From Sminthopsis crassicaudata (lineage: Eukaryota): a DNA stretch of 64,000 nt. This document shows, piece by piece, positions 1 to 9,900 of this stretch. The position numbers were made by a program, and so were the translations under genes. The stretch is taken from positions 330,536,454 through 330,600,453 of the forward strand of contig NC_133619.1 in the NCBI RefSeq assembly GCF_048593235.1. The letters run 5' to 3'. Each line of letters starts with the position of its first letter. Position 1 is the stretch's first letter. The notes below the pieces were generated by a model that did not search any database, was not told the DNA's origin, and saw only the letters and a list, made by a program, of their open reading frames with translations.

Positions 1-863
1 TGTTACAACAGCATTGGGAGCTAATAGATAACAACTCTGGAATATCTACTTGAGAAATGTTTGGTTCTCAGGGGATCCTTAGCCTGAAGGTTGCTAGATG
101 GTATTGGCAGACAGCAGAAGGCACTGCAGAGAAATAACACAGGTCATAAAGGGCGGAGATCTGGCTGTGAGTCCCACGCTGGCACTGACCAGCAGTGTGG
201 CTTTTTGTAAGTCACTTATCCTTTTTTACTTGAGATGGTCCCTCATTTGTAAAGTGCAGCTTCTAATATTTGTACCACTCACTTTCCCAAATTTTTATGA
301 GGGCCATTTTTCAAAAGGGTAAAGTATTACATAAATCTGAGGATCTACATTTTTTTTTTATTAAAATCTCTTTTTTTTTTTAAATATCATCCCAGTTTCT
401 CAGTTTTCCTCTCATCCTTTCAGAGAATCATGTGATTCAACAAATAGTAATTTTCAAAGGGAAAAAAAAAAACAACAGAAAAATACTCTAAAAATCTCAA
501 TGCATGTGTAATATGCAATATCTATTGACCTCCCACTTCTTCAAAGGGATGGAGTAGTCGTATCTTCTTGTTTTTTTCTATTACATAACCATTTTAGACC
601 TTTCTAATTTTGTGACATCCATTTTCAATATGTTTATATGGGCTCTTCTTTTCATCTGTATTGTTGAGGTCTTTATGTTGTAGCCATTGCTTTGGGGAGG
701 GGAGGGGCAAAATAGGTGGAGATATAGTGCACAAAGGCAGGCCTGGAATCAAGAAGACTGAAATTGAAATTTGGCCTTAGACACTTCTACCTGAGTGAGA
801 CTGGGATTAATCCTTTTGTCTTTGTAAAATAACTAGAGAAGAAAATGTCAAACTAGCCCACTA

Positions 864-896
<33 letters not shown>

Positions 897-1226
897 AAAT
901 CTCAAATAGGGTCTTGAGGAGTCAAATACAACTGAAATCACTGAATCATCATTTCATGCATTTCTTCCAATGTTTCTTTCCATTCATCAAGCTCATCTTT
1001 CCTTCCTTCCGTTTTTCTTTCTTATCTTTCTTTNNNNNNNNNNNNNNNNNNNNNNNNNNNNNNNNNNNNNNNNNNNNNNNNNNNNNNNNNNNNNNNNNNN
1101 NNNNNNNNNNNNNNNNNNNNNNNNNNNNNNNNNNNNNNNNNNNNNNNNNNNNNNNNNNNNNNNNNNNNNNNNNNNNNNNNNNNNNNNNNNNNNNNNNNNN
1201 NNNNNNNNNNNNNNNNNNNNNNNNNN

Positions 1227-1312
1227 CAGAGTCACACACCTAACAAATACTTGAGGCCATCTTTTAACTCAGGTCTTCCTGAGCCAGCATTTTATTGACT
1301 GTCACCTAGCTG
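1227..1312 (-). mobile_element. Degraded tRNA-derived SINE head (WSINE1/MAR1/MIR-like) next to a masked microsatellite; repeated in every unit
   Basis: The reverse complement reads gcagctaggtgacagtcaataaaatgctggctcaggaagacctgagtt...ggtgtgtgac, with A/B-box-like SINE head sequence. Copies at ~2650-2745, 8235-8325, 38715-38807, 40352-40445, 46640-46731 and 48167-48258. Confidence 0.65.
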
Positions 1313-2939
1313 CTTTATAATAATTACTTCTTAAAATATTTTTCTTACAGTATAATTATACCCCCTACATTAATACTCCATGATTTGTTTAGCCCAAAAT
1401 CTATGGGCTTCCATTTTGTTTATAATTCTCTGTTATCAGAAAAACAGCCGCTTGTTTAATCTTTTTTTTTTTTTTTGGCTCTTTATTTTGTTCTTTATGG
1501 GGACTTTATTTTTATTTTTTCTTCATTTATAAGCCCTGTAATACAGGTCACAAAGTTAGTTGATCTCAGTGTGAATCCAAGTCTGGCACTGACTAGCTGT
1601 GTGGCTTGTGCTAAGTCACTTCTCCTTTGGGACCTGAGACCTCATCTGTAAAATCGAGCTCCTAATACTTATACCACCTACTTTGCCAAATGTTTATGAT
1701 GGACATTTTTCAAAATGGTAAAATATTTCATAAATGTGAGGATTTCCATTTTTTATAAAAATCTTTTGGTTTCTTATATGATAACAATTTCTCATAGTTT
1801 TCCTCTCATCCTTTCAGAGAATCATGAGATTCAATATACAGTATTTTTCAAAGAAAAAAGCCAGAAAAAAACTCTGGAAAAAAATTCTAAATGTATGAAG
1901 AATATGCAATATCTATAGACCTCCCACTTCTTCAAAGGGATGGAGTAATAGTAGTTTTTTCTTTATTTTGGAGTCGTTTTAAAGCTTTCTAATTTTGTGA
2001 CATTTATTTTTGAGTTTATGTGTGCTCTTCTTTTCATTTACATTTTTGAGATCATGATGTAACCATTTTCTGGGGGTGGGGGGAGGGAGGCAGGTAGTGC
2101 ACAAAGCCAGGCCTGGAATCAAGAAGACCTAAATTGAAATTTGACATTAGACACTTACTACCTGAGTGAGTCTGGGCTGAAACCATTTGCCTTTGTAAAA
2201 TGAACTGGAGAACGAAATGACAAACTACCCCAGTATCTTCTTTGTAAGAAAATCTCAAATGGTGCACAAGGAGTCAAATACAGCTGAAATCACTGAACAA
2301 CCCCTGCAGCAACTTCACTTTGCATCATTTCATACATATGTTCCATTTTTCTCATCACACTCCTCTTTCCTTTCTTCCTCCCTTTCTCGNNNNNNNNNNN
2401 NNNNNNNNNNNNNNNNNNNNNNNNNNNNNNNNNNNNNNNNNNNNNNNNNNNNNNNNNNNNNNNNNNNNNNNNNNNNNNNNNNNNNNNNNNNNNNNNNNNN
2501 NNNNNNNNNNNNNNNNNNNNNNNNNNNNNNNNNNNNNNNNNNNNNNNNNNNNNNNNNNNNNNNNNNNNNNNNNNNNNNNNNNNNNNNNNNNNNNNNNNNN
2601 NNNNNNNNNNNNNNNNNNNNNNNNNNNNNNNNNNNNNNNNNNNNNNNNNACCCAGGGTCACACACCTAGCAAATATTTGAGGCCATATTTGAAGTCAGGT
2701 CTTCATAATGCTATGCCAGTGTTTTATTGACTGTCACCTAGTCATTACTTCTTAAAACATTTTCCTTAAAGTATTGTTATATCATTATTCAATACTTCAT
2801 AACTTGTTTAGACATTCGACAGTCTACGGGCTTCCATTTTATTTCTAATTGTTTGTTATAAGGAAAAGTATCATTATAAATATTTTGTTCTTTGTGGGGA
2901 CTTTATTTTTATTTTTTCTTCACTTATAAGCCTTGTAAT

Positions 2940-3920
2940 GGAGCCTCTGGTTGAAAGGATATTGAAATTTTAGTCACTTAACTTGGAAAATTCCAAATTG
3001 CTTTCCAAAGGGTCGCACAGTTCCACCAACAATAAAATTATTATGTCTATCATCCCATAACTTCTCCACCAGTAGATATTGACATTTTTTGGTTCTCTTA
3101 GCCAAATTTTACTTGTCAGATGAAACATGAAGGTTTTTTTCCTTTTCTCTTATGACTAGTAATTTGATTAGGAATACTCTACAATGATTCCTTTGAGACC
3201 TTTAAAGTCATATCCTTTGACCACTTATCTATTGAGGAATCATGATTACTCCTTTGTAAAAATTCAATTCCAACTTCATTTACAAAAGCACAATTCCCCC
3301 TCTCTTCCATATTCAATGAGAAAACAAAAAAACAAAACCCAGGCTACATCAAGCAACACAAAAAGAAAAACTTGACCACAAGAACCATAAGAGGGTCAAG
3401 AGAAGTAAGCAAGAGACAAAAGATGAAATTAGAAATAAGATTAGGATTTAGTACAAAAAAATTAAAGGAAGAATCATTTAAAATAAAAACTGAAAAAGTA
3501 GTGAATTTCCTGAAAAAAAAAAAAAAAACCAGAATTCTGCAAAGAAATTTGAGATATTGAGACAAGAGATCTAAGAATTAATTAATCAAAGGATTGAAAA
3601 ATAAAAGAAAATATAATGTATCCGCCATCAAAATCAGCTGACTTGAAAAACAGGTTGAGGAGACATCATTGAAGCATCACTGGTTTCCTTGAATACCTCA
3701 ATCAAACTAAAACCTTGGACACTGTTTCCAAAAGGTCCTAACTCTCCTCAAACTTGCTAGAATCCCAGAAAAAATATAGTTTTAGAGGTGCCATATTTAA
3801 CAACAACAAAATATAAATAAATGGAAGAAATATTCATGGACAAAGAAAATGATTGCTTTTTGGCAGATGGCATGATGGTGTACTTTAAAAAGCCTGGGAA
3901 AGTCTTAGCCAGGCATGACA
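2940..3920. mobile_element. Old scrambled L1 fragments within the repeat unit
   Basis: Antisense ORF2-like piece at ~2950-3080. An ORF1-like lysine/glutamate-rich piece at ~3400-3800. The peptide FLADGMMVYFKKP (3821..4003 ORF) resembles the L1 RT motif FADDMIVYLENP. Confidence 0.6.
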
Positions 3921-4739
3921 TAAACCAACAAGAACCATCACCTGTTCTGGGGTTAACCTCAGCAGAAAGAGATAGGGAAAGAAATGATTCAAAACAACTA
4001 TAAAATGGGTAAAATATTTGTGTCACAGATTTGTGTCACAGGGGAATCAGATAAATAAAACCACAAAATACATTTAAAAAGATAGAATTCTCCACATGAG
4101 TACAGCAGTCACTCATGACTTGATCCTCACATTGACTGATCTGAAGCTTTAACATGTAACTTAGCTAAACAAGTTTGATTCTCCTTGAGCAGCCTGGGGC
4201 TCTCTCCTCTCTGGGGTTCAATAGCAGTTTCACACTTAGTAAAGACAAGACGTCCACTGAGGTAAACTGTGCTAAACTGGAACGGGGGAGGGGACAGGTT
4301 GCAAGGCACAGGATCCCATCAATGCCTAGGCAATGCAGGACCACACAGGTCACAGGGAAAGGCCAATGACCAGTCAGCCCAGGGCCCAGGCAGGGAACAC
4401 TGGAGCCAAAGCAGGAAAGCAGGGCATCCCCGGGGCCTGGCAGGAAGCTTGACACCAGCACAATTGACAGTATTCGATGGTGTCTGAAATCCTTTGGACA
4501 CAGTCAGCAATGACCTGGGGTTTTCCTTTGGTTAAAGTGCCAAACTGGAGAAAACAGTTCTGTGCTGCATTGCCTAGGTGTGAACACCCTGGTGAGTCCC
4601 CAGCCCCAGGAATACAATGAAATCCAGAAGTGAAAACTCACCCAGGTGAGAACTCTCACTAGGGAGAAACTGGGGTCTTTATCAGGCCAGAGGTTGACAC
4701 CTTGATGATAGATGAGGGGAGGGGCTAAGAGGGAAGGCC

Positions 4740-4777
4740 TATAAAAGAGCCCACTAGATGGACTCCTGTCATTTTCC
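4740..4777 (+). promoter_or_regulatory. Core promoter of TRIM copy 1: TATA box plus initiator
   Basis: TATAAAAG at 4740-4747 and TCATTTT (YYANWYY) with the A at 4771, placing the TATA at -31. The TATA is retained in the other copies on the minus strand at 22080-22087, 36695-36702, 43831-43838, 51617-51624 and 59373-59380. Confidence 0.7.
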
Positions 4778-4916
4778 TGGTTGCCAGAGCTCAGGGAAAG
4801 AACTAGTTGCACATCCTGGGTTGACTCTCTCTGAAAACAGAAGAGCTCAGGGAAAGAACTGGTTCCCTAGCCTTAGTGGATTATCTCTGGAAAAAAGGCC
4901 TAGAAAACCTAGGAAC

Positions 4917-6548
4917 ATGGAAGCCAAAATCTGCTTTGAAAGCCTCAGAGTGGGGGCCTCCTGTCCCCTGTGCTTGGGCCATTGCATGGACCCAGTGACT
5001 CTCGAGTGTGGCCACACCTTCTGCACAGAGTGTCTTGCCAGCTCCTGGAAGGACATCTGCCCTCCAACAGCCTGCCCGGTGTGCAGCACAGCCACTGCCT
5101 TGGAAGACACGGTCCCCGACAGGGGGCTGCAGGATCTGGCTAACCCTGGCAAGCTGCAGAGAGCTCCCCTACTGCAGAGCCTCGGGGACCTGCCCACCTG
5201 TGACAAACACGGCCTACAGCACACCTTGTTCTGTGAGGAGGATCAGAGACCCTTGTGCGGACCCTGCTTTTTAAGCCCAGAGCACCAGAAGCACAGAGTT
5301 CTGCTCCTGGATGCGGCCGTCACTCAGTGCATGGAGAAGCTCGAGGCCACAGGCAAGAGTTTAAGGACCCAGAAGAAGAGATTTCAGATGGAATTGGGAT
5401 TTGAGGAAATCCGAGAGGCGCAGTGGGAGAAGGACGGCCGCCTGCTCAAAGCCTTGCTCGTGTCTGAATATGAGAAAATGCACCAGTTCTTGGGGGAGGA
5501 AGAAGAGATTCAACTGCAGACATTGGACCAGGAAGCAAGAGGCAATTTGGAGAACAAGAAAAGCCCCTTCCGAAAGAACCTTGGACTGCTAATGAAGCCA
5601 AAGAAGCAGCCCCTGCAGGGGCTCAAGGCTCAGAAGCAGGCTGTGAAGTCTGAATGGGAGCAAAAGCTCCACTTCTTGTCAGAGGAAAAGAAGCGACACC
5701 TGCAGAGGCTGGACCAAGAAGTCACAGACAACCTGGCCAAGTTTGAGGAGAGCAAGACCAGAATGAACCAAGAGATCCACAAGCTGGACATGCTGATAGC
5801 AGACATAGAGAAGAATTCTGTTCAGCCTCCTCTTGAAATGCTCCAGGAGGCAAAAGGCACATTGGGAAGGAGTGAGGAGCTACTTCTTCAGAAGCCAGTG
5901 GTGGCTTCCCCGACATGGACCATGCGCCCCGTCTCCGGAATGGCAGAAACGCTGCTGACTTTCCACAGGCGTCTGTGTCTGGACCCTCAAACAGCCAATC
6001 CCCATCTGGCCCTGTCTGAAGACCTGCAGAGGGTGGAATACCGTGCTGTCCCACAGGATGTCCCCGACAACCCAGAGAGATTCGATTCTGCCCTCTGGGT
6101 CTTGGCCAAGCAGAAGTTCACTTCAGGGAGACACTACTGGGAAGTGGTGGTGGGGGAGCAGAGGGAGTGGGAGGTGGGCGTCTGTGAGGAACGGATCAGA
6201 AGGAAGGGGGATGATGGCCAGAAGGTTCTGGGAGACAGGCTGACCCTGGCGGCCTTCACCTTTGGCAGGGACTTTCACTTGTGGCATTCAAAGCAAACCG
6301 TTCCTTCCTGCAAACCAGTTCAGAAGGTGGGCGTTTTCCTTGATTATGAAAGAGGGCACGTAGCTTTTTACAATGCTGCAGATGGAACCCTAATCTACAG
6401 TCCCCCAAATAAGGCTTTTCAAGGTCCCCTTCTCCCTTGTTTCTCTCCTTGCTTTCCAAAGGGGAAAAACACCTCTGGATGTCTGCATATCTGTCCCAGG
6501 AGGGACAATGCTCAAGAAGATGATCGTTCCCAAAATGAGATTTTCTAA
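4917..6548 (+). CDS. Intronless tripartite-motif protein (RING-B-box2-coiled coil-PRY/SPRY), TRIM60/61/75-like, copy 1, 543 aa
   Basis: C3HC4 RING (CPLC..CGHTFCTEC..CPVC, C16-C56), B-box2 (CDKH..FCEED..CGPC..H..H from C95), coiled coil, and B30.2 motifs LDPQTANPHLALSED, GRHYWEV and VGVFLDYE. ATG 4917 has a strong Kozak context (gaacATGG). The ORF track starts at ATG 4758, which lies upstream of the predicted TSS. Confidence 0.92.
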   Translation: MEAKICFESLRVGASCPLCLGHCMDPVTLECGHTFCTECLASSWKDICPPTACPVCSTATALEDTVPDRGLQDLANPGKLQRAPLLQSLGDLPTCDKHGLQHTLFCEEDQRPLCGPCFLSPEHQKHRVLLLDAAVTQCMEKLEATGKSLRTQKKRFQMELGFEEIREAQWEKDGRLLKALLVSEYEKMHQFLGEEEEIQLQTLDQEARGNLENKKSPFRKNLGLLMKPKKQPLQGLKAQKQAVKSEWEQKLHFLSEEKKRHLQRLDQEVTDNLAKFEESKTRMNQEIHKLDMLIADIEKNSVQPPLEMLQEAKGTLGRSEELLLQKPVVASPTWTMRPVSGMAETLLTFHRRLCLDPQTANPHLALSEDLQRVEYRAVPQDVPDNPERFDSALWVLAKQKFTSGRHYWEVVVGEQREWEVGVCEERIRRKGDDGQKVLGDRLTLAAFTFGRDFHLWHSKQTVPSCKPVQKVGVFLDYERGHVAFYNAADGTLIYSPPNKAFQGPLLPCFSPCFPKGKNTSGCLHICPRRDNAQEDDRSQNEIF

Positions 6549-6610
6549 TCCAAGCAACCAAAACAACCTCTGCAATGACTCCATTCATGAGAACCCTTGT
6601 TGAATATGTC

Positions 6611-6616
6611 AATAAA
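6611..6616 (+). terminator. Poly(A) signal of copy 1
   Basis: AATAAA 63 nt after the stop, with a second at 6728-6733. Equivalents on the minus strand at 20211-20216, 34824-34829, 41962-41967, 49746-49751 and 57502-57507. Confidence 0.55.
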
Positions 6617-6919
6617 GTTATATTAAACTTATATTATAAAGTTTATTATTTATTAATATGTTAATAATGATTAGTTAATATTAAGTTGTTATTTATTGTC
6701 AAAAGCCAAAAAAGAAAAAATCTTTCAAATAAAAAGTTCATCCTCTAAAAAGTACTTTTTGCTTTAAGGTGTTTTAATTAAAATTTTTCTTCTTTTTGTA
6801 GAAAATATCCTTACCTTTACTTTGATTATACATCCACGTTAATTATCAGTCAGTTTACATTTTTTCTGTCACTGGAACTTATTAATTTCCTTCCAAATAC
6901 GTTCATTGCCAAATTAGAG

Positions 6920-9900
6920 GCAGTTAGTTACAACAGCATTGGGAGCTAATAGATAACAACTCTGGAATATCTACTTGAGAAATGTTTGCTTCTCAGGGGA
7001 TCCTTAGCCTAAAGGTTGCTAGATGGTATTGGCAGACAGCACAAGGCACTGCAGAGAAATAACACAGGTCATAAAGGGCGGAGATCTGGCTGTGAGTCCA
7101 AGTCTGGCACTGACCAGCAGTGTGGGTTTTGGTAAGTCACTTATCCTTTTGGACTTGAGATGGTCCCTCATTTGTAAAGTGCAGCTTCTAATAATTGTGC
7201 CACTTACTTTCCCAAATATTTATGAGGGCCATTTTTCAAAAGGGTAAAGTATTACATAAATGTGAGGATCTACATTTTATTTTTTATTAAAATCTTTTGT
7301 TTTCTTTACATCTTCACAGTTTCTCACAGTTTTCCTCTCTTCCTTTCAGAGAATCATGTGATTCAACAAATAGTAATTTTCAAAGGGAAAGAAAAACAGA
7401 AAAATACTCTTAAAAAATCTTAATGCATGTGTAATATGCAATATCAATTGACCTCCCTCTTCTTCAAAGGGATGGAGTAGGGGTACCTTCTTGTTTTTCT
7501 CTATTATGTAATCATTTTAGAGCACTTTGTGACATTCATTTTTGAAGTCTTTGTATGGGCCCTTCTTTTCATTTGTATTGTTGAAGTCATTATGTTGTAG
7601 CCACTGTTTTGGGGAGGGGAGGGGCAAAATAGGTGGAGAGAAATGCACAAAGGCAGGCCTGGAATCAAGAAGACCGCAACTGAAATTTGACCTTAGATAC
7701 TTATTGCCTGAATGAGTCTGGGCTAAATCCTTTCTCCTTTGTAAAATGACCTGGAGAAGAAAATGACAAACCACCACATTATCTTTTTTCTTTTTAAAGA
7801 AAATCTCACATAGGATCACTGAGAGTCAAATACATTGAAATCACTGAACAGCAACTGCAAAAACATCACTCTGCATCATTTCATGCATATCTTCCCATGT
7901 TTCTCTGTATNNNNNNNNNNNNNNNNNNNNNNNNNNNNNNNNNNNNNNNNNNNNNNNNNNNNNNNNNNNNNNNNNNNNNNNNNNNNNNNNNNNNNNNNNN
8001 NNNNNNNNNNNNNNNNNNNNNNNNNNNNNNNNNNNNNNNNNNNNNNNNNNNNNNNNNNNNNNNNNNNNNNNNNNNNNNNNNNNNNNNNNNNNNNNNNNNN
8101 NNNNNNNNNNNNNNNNNNNNNNNNNNNNNNNNNNNNNNNNNNNNNNNNNNNNNNNNNNNNNNNNNNNNNNNNNNNNNNNNNNNNNNNNNNNNNNNNNNNN
8201 NNNNNNNNNNNNNNNNNNNNNNNNNNNNNNNNNNTACCCAGGGTCACACACCTAGCAAATATTGGAGGCCATATTTGAACTCAGGTCTTCTTACTGCTGC
8301 ACCAGTGTTGTGAATGTCACCTAGTCATTACTTCTTGAAACATTTTCCTTAAAGTATTGTTATATCATTATACAATACTTCATAACTTGTTTAGACATTC
8401 GACAGTCTATGGGCTTCCTTTTTATTTCTAATTCTTTGTTTTCAGAAAAAGTACCACTATAAATATTTTGTTCTTTATGGGGACTTTATTTTTAATTTTT
8501 CTTCACTTATACACCTTGTAATGGAACCTCTGGTTCAAAGGATATTGAAATTTTAGTCACTTCACTTGGAAAATTCCAAATTGCTTTCCCAAACGGTTGT
8601 AACATTTCACAGTTCCACCAACAATAAAATTAATATGTCTATCATCCCATAACTTCTCCACCAGTAGATATTGACATTTGTTGTTCCTCTTAGCCAAATT
8701 TTACTTGTGAGATGAAACATGAAGGTTCTCTTCCTTTTCTCTTTTGACTAGTAATTTGATTAGGAATACTCTGCAATGATTCCTTGGAGACTTTTAAAGC
8801 CATATCCTTTGACCACTTATCTATTGAGGAATCATGATTAGTCCTTTGTAAAAATTCAATTTCAACTTCATTTCCAAAAGCACAATTCCCCCTCTCTTCC
8901 ATATTCAATGAGACAACAAAAAAAAACCCAAACCCCATGCGACATCAAGCAACACAAAAAGAAAAACACAAAAAGCAACACAAGAGCCATAAGAGAGTCT
9001 AGAGAAGTAAGCAAGAGACAAAAGATGAAATTAGAAATAAGATTAGGATTTAGTACAAAAAAATTAAAGGAAGAATCATTTAAAATAAAAACTGAAAAAG
9101 TTGTGAATTTCCTGAAAAAAACAAACAAACAGAATTCTACAAACAAAATGCAGATATTGAGACAAGAGATCTAAGAATTAGTTAATCAAAGGATTGAAAA
9201 ATAAAAGAAAATATAATGTATCCGCCATAAAAATCAGCTGACTTGAAAAACAGGTTGAGGAGACATCATTGAAGCATCACTGGTTTCCTTGAATACCTCA
9301 ATCAAACTAAAACCTTGGACACTGTTTCCAAAAGGTCCTAACTCTCCTCAAACTTGCTAGAATCCCAGAAAAAATATAGTTTCAGAGGTGCCATATTTAA
9401 CAACAACAAAATATAAATAAATGGAAGAAATATTCATGGGCAAAGAAAATGATTGCTTTTTGGCAGATGGCATGATGGTATACTGAGAAAAGCCTGGGAA
9501 AGTCTTAGCCAGGCATGACATAAACCAACAAGAACCATCACCTGTTCTGGGGTTAACCTCAGCAGAAAGAGATAGGGAAAGAAATGTGATTCAAAACAAC
9601 TATAAAATGGGTAAAATATTTGTGTCACAGATTTGTGTCACAGAGGAACCAGATGAATAAAACCACAAAATACATTTAAAAAGATAGAATTCTCCACATG
9701 AGTACAGCAGTCACTCATGACTTGATCCTCCCATTGACTGATCTGAAGCTTTAACATGTAACTTAGCTAAACAAGTTTGATTCTCTTTGAGCAGCCTGGG
9801 GCTCTCTCCTCTCTGGGGTTCAATAGCAGTTTCACACTTAGTAAAGACAAGACATCCACTGAGGTAAACTGTGCTAAACTGGAATGGGGGAGGGGGAGGT

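Larger units (their letters stand above)
1..4739 (+). repeat. Spacer of the tandem unit (type A): 3' flank of an upstream TRIM copy lying before the window, plus the upstream region of copy 1
   Basis: Bases 1-900 match the 3' flank of copy 1 (~6926-7830). The whole block is the reverse complement of ~36700-41650. The 74-aa marker ORF recurs at 98, 7023, 19586, 34185, 41338, 49121 and 56877. Confidence 0.9.

Noticed and set aside
98-322. Recurrent 74-aa ORF MVLADS... (7 copies)
   Set aside because: It overlaps MIR-like SINE sequence and has no recognisable domain. Its recurrence is explained by recent unit duplication, not by independent constraint.
914-2730. Long ORFs through N runs and F/S/L-rich or K/E/R-rich ORFs over microsatellites (also 7835-8313, 38765-39406, 40367-40709, 46640-47252 and others)
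   Set aside because: Artefacts of masked bases and (GAAA)n repeats.
4626-4640. IRF/ISRE-like gaagtgaaaact
   Set aside because: A single imperfect half-site match, too common by chance to claim interferon inducibility.
4589-4650. Splice-donor-like CTG|GTGAGT (4592) and CAG|GTGAGA upstream of the TATA box
   Set aside because: They could indicate an upstream non-coding exon, but there is no transcript evidence and the TATA/Inr spacing explains the locus without them. Kept only as an alternative.
4758-4916. 53-aa N-terminal extension (596-aa ORFs of copies 1 and 4)
   Set aside because: The ATG lies between the TATA box and the Inr, the frame is stopped in four of six copies, and homology to TRIMs begins at ATG 4917.
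4917-6548. Assigning a specific symbol (TRIM60, TRIM61, TRIM75, TRIM39)
   Set aside because: The architecture and lack of introns fit this group, but orthology cannot be established without a phylogeny.
4847-6612. Antisense and alternate-frame ORFs overlapping each TRIM CDS (61-125 aa)
   Set aside because: These are shadows of a GC-richer coding region, with variable starts and stops among copies.
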